Under the pieces are notes generated by a model, which was not told the DNA's origin, ran no database searches, and saw nothing but the letters and a program-made list of their open reading frames with translations. DNA of 64,000 nucleotides. Origin: Blepharisma stoltei ATCC 30299. Taxonomy: Eukaryota > Protista > Ciliophora. Location of the stretch: NCBI GenBank assembly GCA_965603825.1, contig CBFDEM010000011.1:1054001-1118000 (forward strand), written 5' to 3'. Shown one piece after another: positions 23,087-35,960 of the stretch. A program made the translations under genes and the position numbers. Position 1 is the stretch's first letter. Every line of letters begins with the position of its first letter.

Positions 23087-24964
23087 CTAAAATATATCAG
23101 GCAAATCAGAAAAATCTCCTATCTCTTTAGCTTCCCAGTAGCCACCTTTATAAACCCATTCATCATCTTGATACACAAACCACCTTGGCTTATACTCAAT
23201 CCCTCTATCTTCTCTTCTCTTTCTTGCATCTCTTTGCTTTTCTTCTAACCTCCACTTTTCACTTGCAGCTAATTTTAGATTTCCATTTTCCAATGCTCGT
23301 TGATCAGGCCTTTTTCTTACATCAGTTGGCGGTAAATTATTAAAATGCTCAGGCAATATATTTAACTGTAAAGCAAAATCAGAAAAATAATAGCTCATTT
23401 CATGATTGTCTGGATATGGGGCCATTTCGAATCCCTTTATGATTTTTCCTGTCGAATTTTCTTTGATGTTTACTTCCTCATTCCATTTTCCTTCTAAAGA
23501 ATATTTTTCAACTCCATAATTATCATAGACCCCTCCTTCAATCTCATAATTGACTTTTTCAAACATCCCTCGTTTTTTATATACAACAGTCGCCCTATCT
23601 CCTGTAGAAAAATTGGACATTTCTATGGTCCCTGACAAATCAATATAAATTTTTCCCATAATGAAATTATATATATTTGTGTTTGGCTTGTGGAAAATAA
23701 AATGGTCGTTGAATTCTTTTAAAATTAAATGGAAAGCGCCGACAAGGTTTGCCTGAATATAAGTGCCTTTAAAGCGGGTTTTTACTTCGGTGTTTCCTCA
23801 GTATATATATTTAGGATGTTCTGTGTGCATTGCTGCAATAGGTGGATGATGGCTTACTTGTTCAGAAAGACAGCGAAAGCCTTTGGTTTCTAATTCAAAA
23901 GTTTCCCCTAACAGAGGGTTAAATGGCTTCATTGTCCGATTAATACACATAGAAAATTGACTTATAGCAAAACACGCTACAAGAGCAAGGCGCAGCTGAG
24001 GATCTTTTTCTTCACAAGCCCTTTCTATAATTTCAGAATAAGTCATATCTTCAGTAACTCTTTGAATAAAGCTTAAAGGCTCGTTAAAATAAACCGGGAC
24101 AGTAATTTTATAAAATTCTTTTCCAATTGAATCTTTTACAACTTTCCAAATATTCATCCTTTGGTTCGGGTTTCTTAGGACTGGCAATGATTTTCTATGA
24201 GGAATTATTTTTAAATTATTTTTTTCAGAATCATCAGAATAATGACTTTTGGCGTCCTCAAATTCGATTTCTTCAATCTCTTTGCATTCTTCTTCATATA
24301 TTACTTTTTGTAAACCTACAGGCTTTTCTAGCTCAAAAATAGGCTCAGAATAATTCATATCCAAGCTCTGCCTTGGAAGAAACTTTTCTTCGTCAATAAC
24401 TGTGCTATTTATACTAAGCCTCGGCTTATGTTCTTCTTCATCAATCATAGCAAGAGCTTCCGAAGCTACTTTTTTGATTGCATTAGATAATGATAAAACT
24501 GAGTCTAAACCTGGGATACTTTGTATGACTAATGGAGGAATCATGTCAACTGCTTCCTGCATTTGTGCATGAATCCCTCATATTTCACTTAATTTTAAGG
24601 CTAAGGAGTGAGTGAAAGCAGAATTGTCAGGGAGAATTGGGCTTCTTGGAGATAAATTTGACAGAGATGGCGGCAATGATAGGTGGATGTGGGCGTCCCG
24701 TTGGGCTTGTTTTAAAGCTTGGATTCATTGAGAAGCTTCTTTTGGAGAAGAAGCTTTAAGGTAATAAGAAATTGTGTCCCCTTCTATAGAAAATCTTTTG
24801 GGATCAGCTGGGTGCTTAACGATCTGTGAGCTTAATAGTCTCATTTCTCCTTTCTTTTTGGAGTCTTTATTTTTAGAATAGCTTATAAGCCCATTTTTCA
24901 CAGAGAAATATCTTCTTTTCCACCCATAAACATAATTAGTCCATTTCATCAAAAACCCTTCCAT
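23087..24964 (-). CDS. Oxysterol-binding protein-related (PH + ORD), ~625 aa
   Basis: PH domain MEGFLMKWTNY...KEASQW(TGA), OSBP fingerprint EQVSHHPP, KPFNPLLGETFE and LPPTD.R.RPDQRALE; TGAs at 24725, 24578 and 23798. Confidence 0.95.
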
Positions 24965-26149
24965 TATATTTGCTCCAATAAACGTGAGAAAGCAATTTTT
25001 GTGATTTTTGTTTATTTAATATCATTTTCTGCAAGAAGTTAAGCATCTTTCTAATGAAAATTCATCAGGTGCTATAATCAACTAATTTAAATATATAATT
25101 CGATTGAGTTAAATAAGTAATAAAGTTTGAATTATATCAAATTTATATAAAACTTAAGAAAACAAGCAAAACAGCTTAAAAATACTGCAATTTTTAATAT
25201 AAAAAGCCTATCTGATACTTAGCAGGCTTGATATTTGTTAAAATTTGGTAATTTTTACTACTAAGAATTGATTGTGAGCTGGAATTCAATTATCTAATTT
25301 AGACAGCAAAAATCCAAGAGAAATAATTGGCATAAGAGTTTTACCACTTATGGTTTATCAGCTTAAACGCCACCAAATGATTTAAAATTTTAGATGCTTG
25401 GCAATTAATTTAATTTTTCATTGAAATAGTATGTGTGTTGCGGACTTTGACTAAAGAGAACAGTCTCTATAGGGAGATTTGCTACATTTTATATCTCCTT
25501 CTTTTGACCCTCATAAGGACTGCCTTACCAGGAACACAAGAAGGATAAACTTTGATCCCATATTTATTTATGATCACTCATAAAAGTCATATTTAAGATT
25601 AAAATTAGCAATTTTATTAAACGTTTTTAAGCTTATTTGGCTTTTAACGATTGAACTTTAAAATATAAATTTTTACGCAATTAATATATTTATTGCAAAA
25701 TAGGAAATTTATTTTTGGGTCATTAATTTTTAAGCTCCTGATTTACCAATCAGATCGTAAAATATTCGTATTGAATAATTGAACTCTATTTCATATTTCT
25801 TATGAATCTCTAGATAAAATTATAATAAATTATTTATTATAAAAATTTTTCTTTCTATTTATATATTTGCATTATTAAATATTTAGCTTATATTGCACAT
25901 ACTTATTAAAATCTCTTCAGATGTCTTTAAAAAAGACTATTTATTGTTTATTCAATATAACTTATCCCTAAAATGATATGATTACAAACTATTATTTTCA
26001 AAATAGTTTATATTAAATTATTTAATAACTTTGACCACTAATCAATTAGAAAGTAAATAATCTCAGAGCTGCTTTTGGGTCTATTTAGAAAAACTCTTCT
26101 ATTTTTTTGTTGACATAATGAAATTAGTAAGAGGATAATATTTTCAGCC

Positions 26150-28161
26150 ATGGTTATTTGCAAGCTCACAAAATGCCTTTTTGAACAAACTATAGAGTGC
26201 TGTGGTCAAGGGTGATGCAAGCGGCATTATATAGAACACTCTTCAGTAGACCTACAAAGTCATAAAGGCAAAAAACTTTATCATGCAGTTAATGTAGAAT
26301 CTAAAAATGAAATATTAAACTGGCTTTACGAAGTAAAACGCAAATTATTAGGATTGCTAACAAAAATTACAATTAAATGAATCAAAAAATTTAAGAAAGG
26401 CTATCCAGGCTATTTTCTTATCAAAAAAATCAGAGATGTTATGATGAGCTGTAGAGAAATAGAATTAAAGGTCATATATACTTTTGAAGTTCCTAAAAAA
26501 ATTTGCTACAATCCTATTGAGTATTTTTTGACTCAGCCTTTAGATAAGACGAAAATTTATTTAAAGCATCTAAATCTTGACTTTTCTGAGAGGATTTCCA
26601 TGGTGGAGAAATTATAAATGAAGACCAACTTCTAACAGAGCTTTTTAATCTTGCTGGAAGCTTACTTTATGACGATGAATATTATCAAGCTAAATGCTTA
26701 TATAAGGAATGCAGAAGAATTTTTGAGAAAATTAAATACCATAAAAAAATTGACTTATTTTTTATTGATTATTACATATTTATGATTAATCACAAAATAA
26801 AGGACTACCCAATTAATTCTCAACCTGTCCCAAGACCAGAGAATTTTATTAGTCCATACTTTGTGGAATTTTTGGAATTTATTTCATGCATATATTTAGA
26901 TTGAAATGAAAAATATGAGCCAAGAAGGTTTCTTAGAAATACAAAATCAATTTCTAAAGAAGCTTTTCGCAAAGATAATGATAATTATGATGAGTATGGT
27001 TATATTAATTGGATGGCATTTTGAAAAGGAATAATGTATCTCTATAGGACTAGTTTAAAGAAAGCACTTAAATTCCTAGAATCAAGCGAAATTTATTTTC
27101 AAAATACTGGCCAATTATCATATTTAGCTCTTTCTGAGTATCTATTAGGATATTTGTACATAATAAAAATAAAAGCTGGAAAAGGCAAGCCTTATTTAAA
27201 AAAAAGCAAGAAAATATGTAAAGACCTAGGAATTTGATCTCTACTGGATAAAATTTATTTTATTCTTGGGTATTTTTCTATATTTGAATGCCTATTTGAC
27301 ATTGCAGAAAAATATTTGAAAAAGGGCAAACTGATATCAAAAGGATCTGGAAAGCATTACGATATTGCTCTCTTAAAGCTCGATATTTTAAAAGGTAATT
27401 TGGTAAGTCCATTTGCTTATGTAGAAAAAATTAAAGGAGGTTTCATTATTTTTCCTATTCAAAATCGATTGCTAGCGTGACTTTTTGCGGAAATTGGAAG
27501 CATATACTTTTTGCTGGGGTCTTTCAATCAGGCTGAGATATATTTTGATAAAGTCAAAATCACAACACTAAAATCATCTGATGTGCCTAACTTCATAAAT
27601 ATTGCATTGATACTGATGATATATTATTCATACAATTTTAAACAAAAAAAAGTTGAACTTGAAGAACTCCTAAACATATTTAAAAAACAAACTGCCCATT
27701 TTTTACACAGATTTGAATTTTATTATTTTTTGTTCGAAGTAATATTAAGAGCTATTTTTAAGATAAAATTTGAAAAAAATGATAAAAAATTCAAAGAGCT
27801 CACTGAGAAGATAATAGTTAAGGAATTGAAAAAAAGCGAATATATTTACCACAAAATTATTAGAATTCTCTTATCACTTTTAAATATCAATGGATGGGAT
27901 AGTATAGCAGAAAAAATTATTGATTACGCAATTTATAAATTCGCTTATTCTGCAAAAAGTCCTATTTGCGCCTATATCTTTAATGCAAAGTCTAATTGGG
28001 AACGAGATCATGGAAATCATGAGTCTGCAAGAGCATATTTGATAAAGTCTAAGAAAATGCTAGGACGTTCTATGTCACAAAAGAATAATCAAGTAAAAAT
28101 GATTGAAAGGCAGTTAATTGAAGTTGAGGAAGAAATTGCAATGAAAAACAGCGAGAAATAA
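26150..28161 (+). pseudogene. B-box-like zinc finger + TPR-repeat gene with one frameshift (pseudogene, assembly indel, or two genes)
   Basis: The ATG 26150 frame (MVICKLTKC...CCGQGWCKRHYIEH) stops at TAA 26615-26617. A -1 frame is open 26548-28161 with TPR-like repeats and several TGA=W. Confidence 0.65.
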
Positions 28162-29352
28162 AACTATTTTTAAATAAATAATTTACCTAATTCAAGTAGA
28201 TTTATATTTATTTAATAGATGTTCCATAATAGTTTGATAATTATTTTAGCCATATGAGATTTAAAATCTTTTATTTTCAAAATAATTTAAATTGTGTTGG
28301 TGAGTATATAATTTATTGAATATATCGATCAACCTCAGCTCACTATGATTGCTAATGAGCTAAAAACTCAGGCACTTAATTCTTACCTCAAGTGTCAGCA
28401 ACAATTTTTCAATTCAGATTTGAAATTATTGGCTAAACATTCTCAATTTTATAATATTTTGTTAATGTATTAATAATTGAGCTTAAAAAGATCAATTATT
28501 TTTCAAAAGGACTTATCATATACAGTTGAGCAGCCACAAGGGGCTAATCTGTAATATTGTTATGTATACATTGAAATTTAGCATGAAGATTAAAATTAAA
28601 CTAGTTTCATGTCAAATTTTCATCAAATTAATTTTTTTTTTGGCGGATGGCCTTCCTTGACAGTATTTCCTTTGATTAAGTTTTTCTCAGCCTTTCAGCC
28701 TCTATTTTATAAAATTTCGAGAATTTGGAGTAAATAGGTTATGAGCTTGATGCCCACTCTTATATTATAGTTTCAAATATGAATTGTTCCCATTTAATAT
28801 TGACACCAACCATGCCTTCAATATCAGAAATAGTAGTATAGGGTAAATAGTCATCATTTCAAAATTTCCATCAGAAAGACATGAACTCATTATTTTTAGG
28901 GCCAGAAATCAAAATTAGGAATATAATTTTCATGCAACCTTAAAATCTGTTTCCTTCTCAATTGTGAAATAAGCCTAATCAAGGTTTCAAAATCTGTTTT
29001 ATATCTTTTTTTAAAAATTTTTAAATAATTATTTATTTAAAACAATAATACCTAGATCAATGTCTATTAAATGGTAGATTTTACGAATCAAAATTCTAGC
29101 GCATTTACTCTGTTCTAATTTAAGCTGCCATTTTTATCTCTAACCTTAGTAACTTCACCATTTCCTATGCATGCATTTGGGCTTTTTTAGTGATGCTAAA
29201 TAAATTTTAAGAGCTTCATAGTGATAGGCTTTTAGGAGTTATTATGGCAATCTTATAGTATTTTATATGGAGTTATGTGCAAAAATATTTTAAATTTATT
29301 TCTATTTTCTATTGCTAGTTAGCTTTTAGTAGAGTATATATATTTTTCAACC

Positions 29353-30620
29353 ATGGATTTATGCAGTTTCAATTTCGGAAAATGCCTTTTTGAGGCAGGC
29401 ATAAAATCTCAGTGGCAAGTAGCCCATATCCCATAGTGGTTCTCCTGTTTATATGAGGGCGTGTTTATTTAGTGCTGATAGCTGTTCAAAGATTTGATTA
29501 GCCTAGATTACTTAGTGCCTTGCCTAGAATGGCATCTTTTTGGAACTAATCCAGGAGAAAAGGGGAAGATAAGGTTTGCCGAAGATCTCAAGGGATGAAG
29601 TTTCTCCGGCTTAAAGTAATCCTGCTAAAGGGGCAATGGCTATGAACTAAGCATAATTAATATGGTTTCTCGGCCATGCAGCCTAGAGCAAATATTTAAT
29701 TATTTCTTAAAAATAAAGATATAAAAATCTGAGAAAATTTAAATGTTATATACAAAGGAAAGCACTCCTGGAGGAAATCTTTCTAAATATTTGAAACGAG
29801 GAAAATTACTAGCAAAAGGACAAGGGAGGCATTATTCCGTTGCTATCCTTAAGTCTATATTCTTAAAGGTGATTTGCCAAGAGCTGAAAAATATTTTGAA
29901 AAAATTAAAGCAAATTTTAATACTGTTTTTCCAATGCAAAATTGGTTAACGTCCTGACTGTATACAGAAGCTGGGTGCTTATACTTTTTTTTTGGGAAAT
30001 CAGAAATTGCTGAATACTATTTTAATCTCGTGACTATAAGACGATCTGATGTAATTTGAATTTTAAATGCATTTTATATCGGTTTTTTCTTTTATGTATA
30101 TAAATTGAAACGCGAAAAAGCTGAAGAGGTCTTGGAATCTTTTAAGAAGAAATATGCTCATTTTTCACATGAAGCTAAATTTCATCTTTATATGGCAGAA
30201 ATAGGCTATAAGGTCATTTTTAATATAAAATATGAACAAAATGACAAAGAATTTGAAGAACTCGGAAATAAACTGAAAAATAAAAAATGAAGTGATGATA
30301 CATTCTTTATGGGTCATATGGGCGCAGTGTTCAGATCTTTTTGGAGCGAAGGCCAAAGCTGAAATAATATAGCAGAAATAATATTTAATTGAGCAATAGG
30401 AGGAATGATTGGGAAAAGTCCATTGTTTGCTTATACTTATATTGCGAAATCTAATTGGGAGCGAAGTCTTGGGAATCATGAAGTATCGAGAGAATATTTG
30501 GTAAAGTCTTTGGGAATGTTAAAATCTGTTATGTCGCAAAAGAATGATCAAGTAAAAATGATTGAAAACCAATTAATTGAGGTTGAGAAAGAAATTGTAA
30601 AGAAAAATAATGAAAAATAA
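29353..30620 (+). pseudogene. Disrupted tandem paralog of the B-box/TPR gene
   Basis: 5' end (CCATGG...AAATGCCTTTTTGA) and 3' part (29785-30620, KSPLFAY..AKSNWER..GNHE..SQKNDQVKMIE) match 26150-28161. The middle is replaced by unrelated sequence, with a further frameshift near 29845. Confidence 0.8.
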
Positions 30621-30882
30621 GAGTCTTTTAATAAATGAATGAATAAAATTAAAACGAAGATAATTAAAACACTAAGAGAGGGAGAATTATTGATTGCTTA
30701 TTGCCAATTATCGCACAAGTAATCTATTTAAGGCTTCTTTTCTTTTCTTGGTTTCCATATTCTGAATAAATTTCTTTTAAGGATCTTTTTCTCTTCAGTT
30801 TTTTCTTCCTACTTTACCAAATTTAGATGCTAAATTGAATTTCTGCTTAGCTATAATAAAAACCCATTTATAGCAAAGTTTT

Positions 30883-31023
30883 GAAAAATCATGAAATGTC
30901 AAGAAATTTTTTGGGTATGAATTTAGAACTGCTAGAATCTGTTATGTCTCAAAAAATATTAAGCAAAAATGATTTAGAAATACTTAACCAGGAGCTATTT
31001 AGATATTGCAATGAAATAAATAA
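30883..31023 (+). pseudogene. Third, heavily decayed 3' remnant of the TPR gene
   Basis: AATCATGAAATGTCAAGAAA...TCTGTTATGTCTCAAAAAA aligns by eye with the C-terminal coding ends at ~28015-28161 and ~30470-30620. Confidence 0.6.
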
Positions 31024-31234
31024 ATTATTAATTTAAAACTAATTAATAAAAACTGAAAGTAAAGATCTAAATAATAAAAAATGTAATTATATAATGGAAT
31101 AAATAATTTGTCTATACATAATTAAATATATAAAATCTATTATTTTTTTATTAGTAGTGGCTGTAACTTGCACATAGTTTTAGCAGTTTATCTATCTTCA
31201 ACATAAATTTCCGACGAAGTCTTTATAATTAGAA

Positions 31235-31999
31235 ATGGAACCTAGGCCGCAGGCAGGAGGCCATGAAGGCATATTAATATTCAGGCGTGATAAAGTATTA
31301 AAGAGAGCTCTCCCCTGTGAGCTTAATTTCTATACAAACTTGTTTAACCCAAATAATCAAATTCCTATTTTGCTAGAATTTCAAAAATTTGTTCCAAAAT
31401 TTTACGGATCCCAACTAATAGATGGGAGTAATTACATAGTTTTAGAAAATTTATTATGAGAATATGAGAATCCTTCAATAATGGACTGCAAAATCGGAAG
31501 AGTTACGTGAACTCGAGATCATTCACCACCAAGATGTGTAACTCAGCAATTACGAGCCTCAAAAACAACCACATCAAGTTTAGGTTTTAGAATAACGGGG
31601 CTTTTAATTAAAGATCGCGAAGGACATGTAACTGATTCAATTCGGAAAAAACAAGTATTTGATATCACGCCCGATAACATTTTGGACTATTTTGCAAGAT
31701 TAGTTATAAGAGACGACGTTTTTCAAGAAGAAGTGGTTGACCAATTCATTATGGAAACTCAAGAAATCCTTGATTGATTTAGAAAACAAAGAGTTAGTAC
31801 ATTTTTCACATGCTCTGTATTATATGTGAACGGCTTTAATAAAGCGCAAACGAAATTTATCGATTTTTCTTATGTATATGAATCAGATGGACAGAGAGAT
31901 ACCAGTAAGGGTTATTTAGATATGATTGAAGGGTTAGAAAGCTTAATTAATACCTGGGAGAAGCTCAAAATGAAGTATGCTAAATCGTATTATTTATAA
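31235..31999 (+). CDS. Inositol polyphosphate kinase (IPK/IPMK family), ~249 aa; intron 31905-31919
   Basis: QAGGH, IVLENLL, PSIMDCKIG (PxxxDxKxG), LGFRITG and IDF motifs; three TGA=W; ends TAA. Confidence 0.92.
31905..31919 (+). other. 15-nt intron GTAAGGGTTATTTAG (no in-frame stop)
   Basis: Consensus match; splicing restores the IPK D-x5-GL spacing (DTNMIEGL). Confidence 0.7.
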
Positions 32000-32220
32000 A
32001 AGATTAACTTTTATGAATTTAAATTAAATCTAATATACATCGGGAAGGTTATTTTATATTTGAAATGAAAATGCTTAATAAAAATGAAATTTTGATCAAA
32101 GCTCATGTTTTTAATTATAATAAATATTGGAATAGGTTTAAATGCCATTTTAATTAAAATTAAATGCTAAATCTTACTTTTAACATAAAAAACAAATTAT
32201 CTAACAATTTCATTGCTACA

Positions 32221-33579
32221 TTATTTTTGAATATTAAAATAAATATCAAATTTTTGCTTGACCCTCTGTAACCTTCTTAATGAACCTAATAAACTATTTT
32301 TATGTGCCTCAGTAGCATCCCTTATAAGGTTAACTTTTTTCTCCATAATATGCTCTGCCGTATCAATTTGATATACTCCTTTTCGTTTTGCTCTGGTAGC
32401 TCTAAAGGCTGCAATACTTTTAACTATTTTTCCAGATTGGATTAATATTTGTTTTGGAGTTGCGCTGCCTTTTCTCAATAGTACTCTATACCGAAAAGCT
32501 GAAGTTAATAGCCTAGCCGCACTATGCTTTAGCTCGATTTGAAAATTCAATCTCTCCAGCAGCTCAACAGCTTTACGCTCCCCGATCTCAAAATTAAGCA
32601 ATGTGGTTAATGACACAATCATCATTGATAATAGTATATTTCCATATATCGAATTAAAAACCTCAATTATTCTCCCAGGAAGAGTTACAGGAAATGTATC
32701 TCCGTATCCTACTGTAAAAACTGTGATTACAACATTTCACATGGAATTATTAAAATCACCAAAATTTTGATTGTTATTTTTCCCTGCAAGAGGAGTTTCA
32801 AAAATTCTTAACATATAGCTGAACATCATTATTCCCACGAATAGCATTATTCCGACAAAAGGCATAGGGTTGTCAGTCATCATTCCTCTGAAGAAAAACA
32901 ATGCACCTCCTTCAGTTCCGTTCATTTTGCATACTCTTTGGGCTCTAGGTGCGTTATATTTGCTTCAGAAGATCCAAAGTCTCATTAAATGATAAACTCT
33001 GGAGACTTGAATAACAGAAAGTAAAGTATTTCATGGGTATTCTATATAGCTGTGAGTGTATTCACAATAGTATTCATATGAAGAGTCATCTAAAAACCAA
33101 ACTGGATGAAAAAGATTATATGCCAGTTCAACTATTAGTTTAGGTATATACCCAGCCGAATACAAATTGTCTTGCTTGCTATATATAAGTCTCTCTTTTT
33201 TCCATTCCAAATCGAAATAATTTCTAATAATTAGAAATATAAGTAATATAAAAGTAGATAAGCTTGATAAAAAATATAAAATTTTCATCCCAAATTCTAT
33301 ATCAACATCAACCTGCTGATGCTCATTCGAATCAGCTATTATTGCACCTACAATAAATCCTGATCAAGCAGCTATATTTATTAGCAGCTCACTAATTTTT
33401 AATCTATTAAATTGTTGCTCAATTTTTTTCTCATTTTCAGAGACTGAATGAAACCAAGATTTTTTTGCATTTTTTGAAAAAGCTTCAATATAATCTTCTA
33501 ATTTCCATAAAGTTGGAGTAGTTTGGCACTGAAAAGTTGGGATATCAAAAGACTCATTCGCCAATTTTTTCCTTCTCAT
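32221..33579 (-). CDS. SK/KCNN-like potassium channel, copy A (~452 aa)
   Basis: Four track ORFs lie in one frame via TGA=W; pore TVFTVGYGDTFP; PRAQRVCKMNG. Confidence 0.92.
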
Positions 33580-33626
33580 GATTTAATTATAAATAAGAAA
33601 ATATTTTTGCATGTTATTTATTATGA

Positions 33627-34994
33627 TTATAATTGTTTATTTCCGTATATTTCTGCAACCCTGCTTTTTATGTCTTTAAGGCTTTCTAATGACTTCGCCC
33701 ATTCTTTTTTATTACCCTCAGTAAGTTCTTGCATATAATTAACTTTTTTTTCGATTAAATGCTCAGCAGTGTCTATACCGTAAATTCGTTTTCGTTTTGC
33801 TCTCGTAGCTTGGAAGCCAGCGATATTTCTTCGAATATTCCCTTGCTGAATCTTAACTTCGAGTCTTGAAGAGTTTTTAGATTTTAGTAAATTCCTATAA
33901 ACAACAGCTGACTGCAATACTTTAGCTGCTTCTTTTTTCAGCTCTTTTTGGAACTCCAGTCTCTCCAACAAGTTTTTCGCTTTAAACTCCCCTGTTTCTA
34001 GCTCCAGCATATTCGTGAGCGTCACAATCATAAGTGATGTTGACAAAATCCCATAAAATGCGTTAAAAAATTCCAAAATCCTCCCAGGAAGTGTTACAGG
34101 AAACGTGTCTCCATACCCAATCGTCAAAATCGTAATAACCACATTCCACATTGCATTGTTAAAATCCCCAAAATTCTGATTTTCATTCAAACCTTCAGTA
34201 GGGTGCTCAAAAACCCTTATAGAGTAGCTAAACATCATAATTCCTATAAGCAAAATAGAGCTCACAAACTGCCAAGGCGAGTTTTTCATGATTCCTTTGA
34301 TGAAGAATTCTGTATTTCCATATGTCCCGTTCATTTTGCATACCCTTTGAGCTCTGGGAGATGTGTAATGGCTTCAGGTCACCCACAGTCTGAATAAATG
34401 GTAAACCCGACCGACTTGGATTACCGATAATGTAGCGTTTCAGGAGTAATTTATGGTCTGGCCTGTGAATTTGCAGTCGTATTCATAGGTATATTCGTCT
34501 AAAAATCAAACAGGGTGAAAAAAATTGAATAAGCATTCTATAAAAAGAATAGGGACATATCCAGCGCTTCATAAGTTGTCGTAGCGACTATATAAAAACC
34601 TTTCTTTTCTCCATTCAAGGTCAGAATATGACCTATAAATTATAGCAAAAACTAATAAAAATGCTGAAAGAGTAGACAAAGTATATAAAATCGGCATCCC
34701 TACCTCTTTATCTACATTATAATTTAATCCTGCATCTACATCAGCTATAATTGCTCCGACAATAAACCCTGAAAATGCACATAAAGTAATAACTACCTCA
34801 GACCATTGTAAATGCAAATATCTTTTTTTGATTTTCTCTTCATCTTCTGGCTCATGGTCAAACCAGGATTTTGTTAATTTTTTTTTATAGCTTGAGGCTT
34901 CTTTAAAAGCATCAACGACATGCATCATTTTAAGCTCAATAGCATTAGAATTGCCTGATAAAGCAGCTTTTTTGTTATTTTTGCTCTGGGCCAT
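33627..34994 (-). CDS. SK/KCNN-like potassium channel, copy B (~455 aa), tandem paralog
   Basis: One frame via four TGA=W; pore TILTIGYGDTFP; collinear with copy A. Confidence 0.92.
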
Positions 34995-35236
34995 TTTAAA
35001 TTTTATCACACAAATGAATTGATTTTTGAATTAAAAATATTTTGAGACCTTGGCGTTAATTATATATTTTAAAGAATCAATATTTTTTTGGGTTAATGAA
35101 TTTTTTTATAAGAAATCAGGGATTTTTCTTGCAGATTGATCAGTATTTTATATTATTTTTAAGAAGAGGAATTTTTTATCTTCCTTGGAAATTAATTTAA
35201 TAATTTCTTAATTAATGTTCTATTAATTTCTATAAC

Positions 35237-35818
35237 ATGTCTTTATCTTATCATTCTGAACACTTGGCGTGGCAGCAGCGTATTAATCAAGAAAAAACTC
35301 GTGCAAGCGATTTCAATAAAACTTTCAGCAATTTTTCCACCTTTAACGAAGCCCTTCAAACAGGAAAAACAGTTTTTCCTAAAGCAAATCAATTAGACAA
35401 GCCTATAAATTACAACACTCTTCGCTTCAATCTTGCTTATTCTTTTGGGGGAACAAAGCCAATACGCCATGCATTGCAAGATCAAGACGTTCGGCATAGC
35501 TTAAGTCCTTCTAAGCGAGTTACTACTGATTCATTTAATAGATCTTCTATTAAAACTGCTTCAGAGTCCCCAAGAAAAAATGCAAGCAAAGATGAATCAA
35601 GCCCTAAAAAGTTAAAGACATTAAAAGAAATTAACCCAGAACTAGCCAAGCTAGAAGAAGAATTAACTGAAATGAAATTAAACGCAAGCAAAAGCAGTTT
35701 TCAAGATGCTGGAGATATTTATATGAGAGACCTAGAAAAGAAGCTCTCAAAAGAAAGAAAAAAGAGGATTCAGGTTGAGCTGGAAATTGAAAAAATTAAA
35801 ATAGCAAGAAAATCATAA
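35237..35818 (+). CDS. Hypothetical protein with N-terminal AWQQRINQE motif and C-terminal coiled coil
   Basis: Intact 193-aa ORF, ATG to TAA. Confidence 0.75.
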   Translation: MSLSYHSEHLAWQQRINQEKTRASDFNKTFSNFSTFNEALQTGKTVFPKANQLDKPINYNTLRFNLAYSFGGTKPIRHALQDQDVRHSLSPSKRVTTDSFNRSSIKTASESPRKNASKDESSPKKLKTLKEINPELAKLEEELTEMKLNASKSSFQDAGDIYMRDLEKKLSKERKKRIQVELEIEKIKIARKS

Positions 35819-35960
35819 ATTAATTTGCATTAAAAAGCTGAATATTAAAGATCAATTTTTCTTAAATTAACATAAGGTTTTGTGATAAAAAATTCATGAA
35901 AAGCAGCTTGCATTGAAATTTAATTAAAAATAGCCTTAAATTTGGTGAATAAATATTGCA

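Noticed and set aside
23906-23914. CCCTAACA heterotrich telomere unit
   Set aside because: Single copy inside the OSBP coding sequence; expected by chance
28320-28930. Short ORF-like patches between TPR copies
   Set aside because: Under 60 aa, interrupted by stops, no recognisable family
29665-29695. TTTCTCGGCC resembling the U2 snRNA 5' end
   Set aside because: No GTAGTA branch-recognition sequence or further similarity
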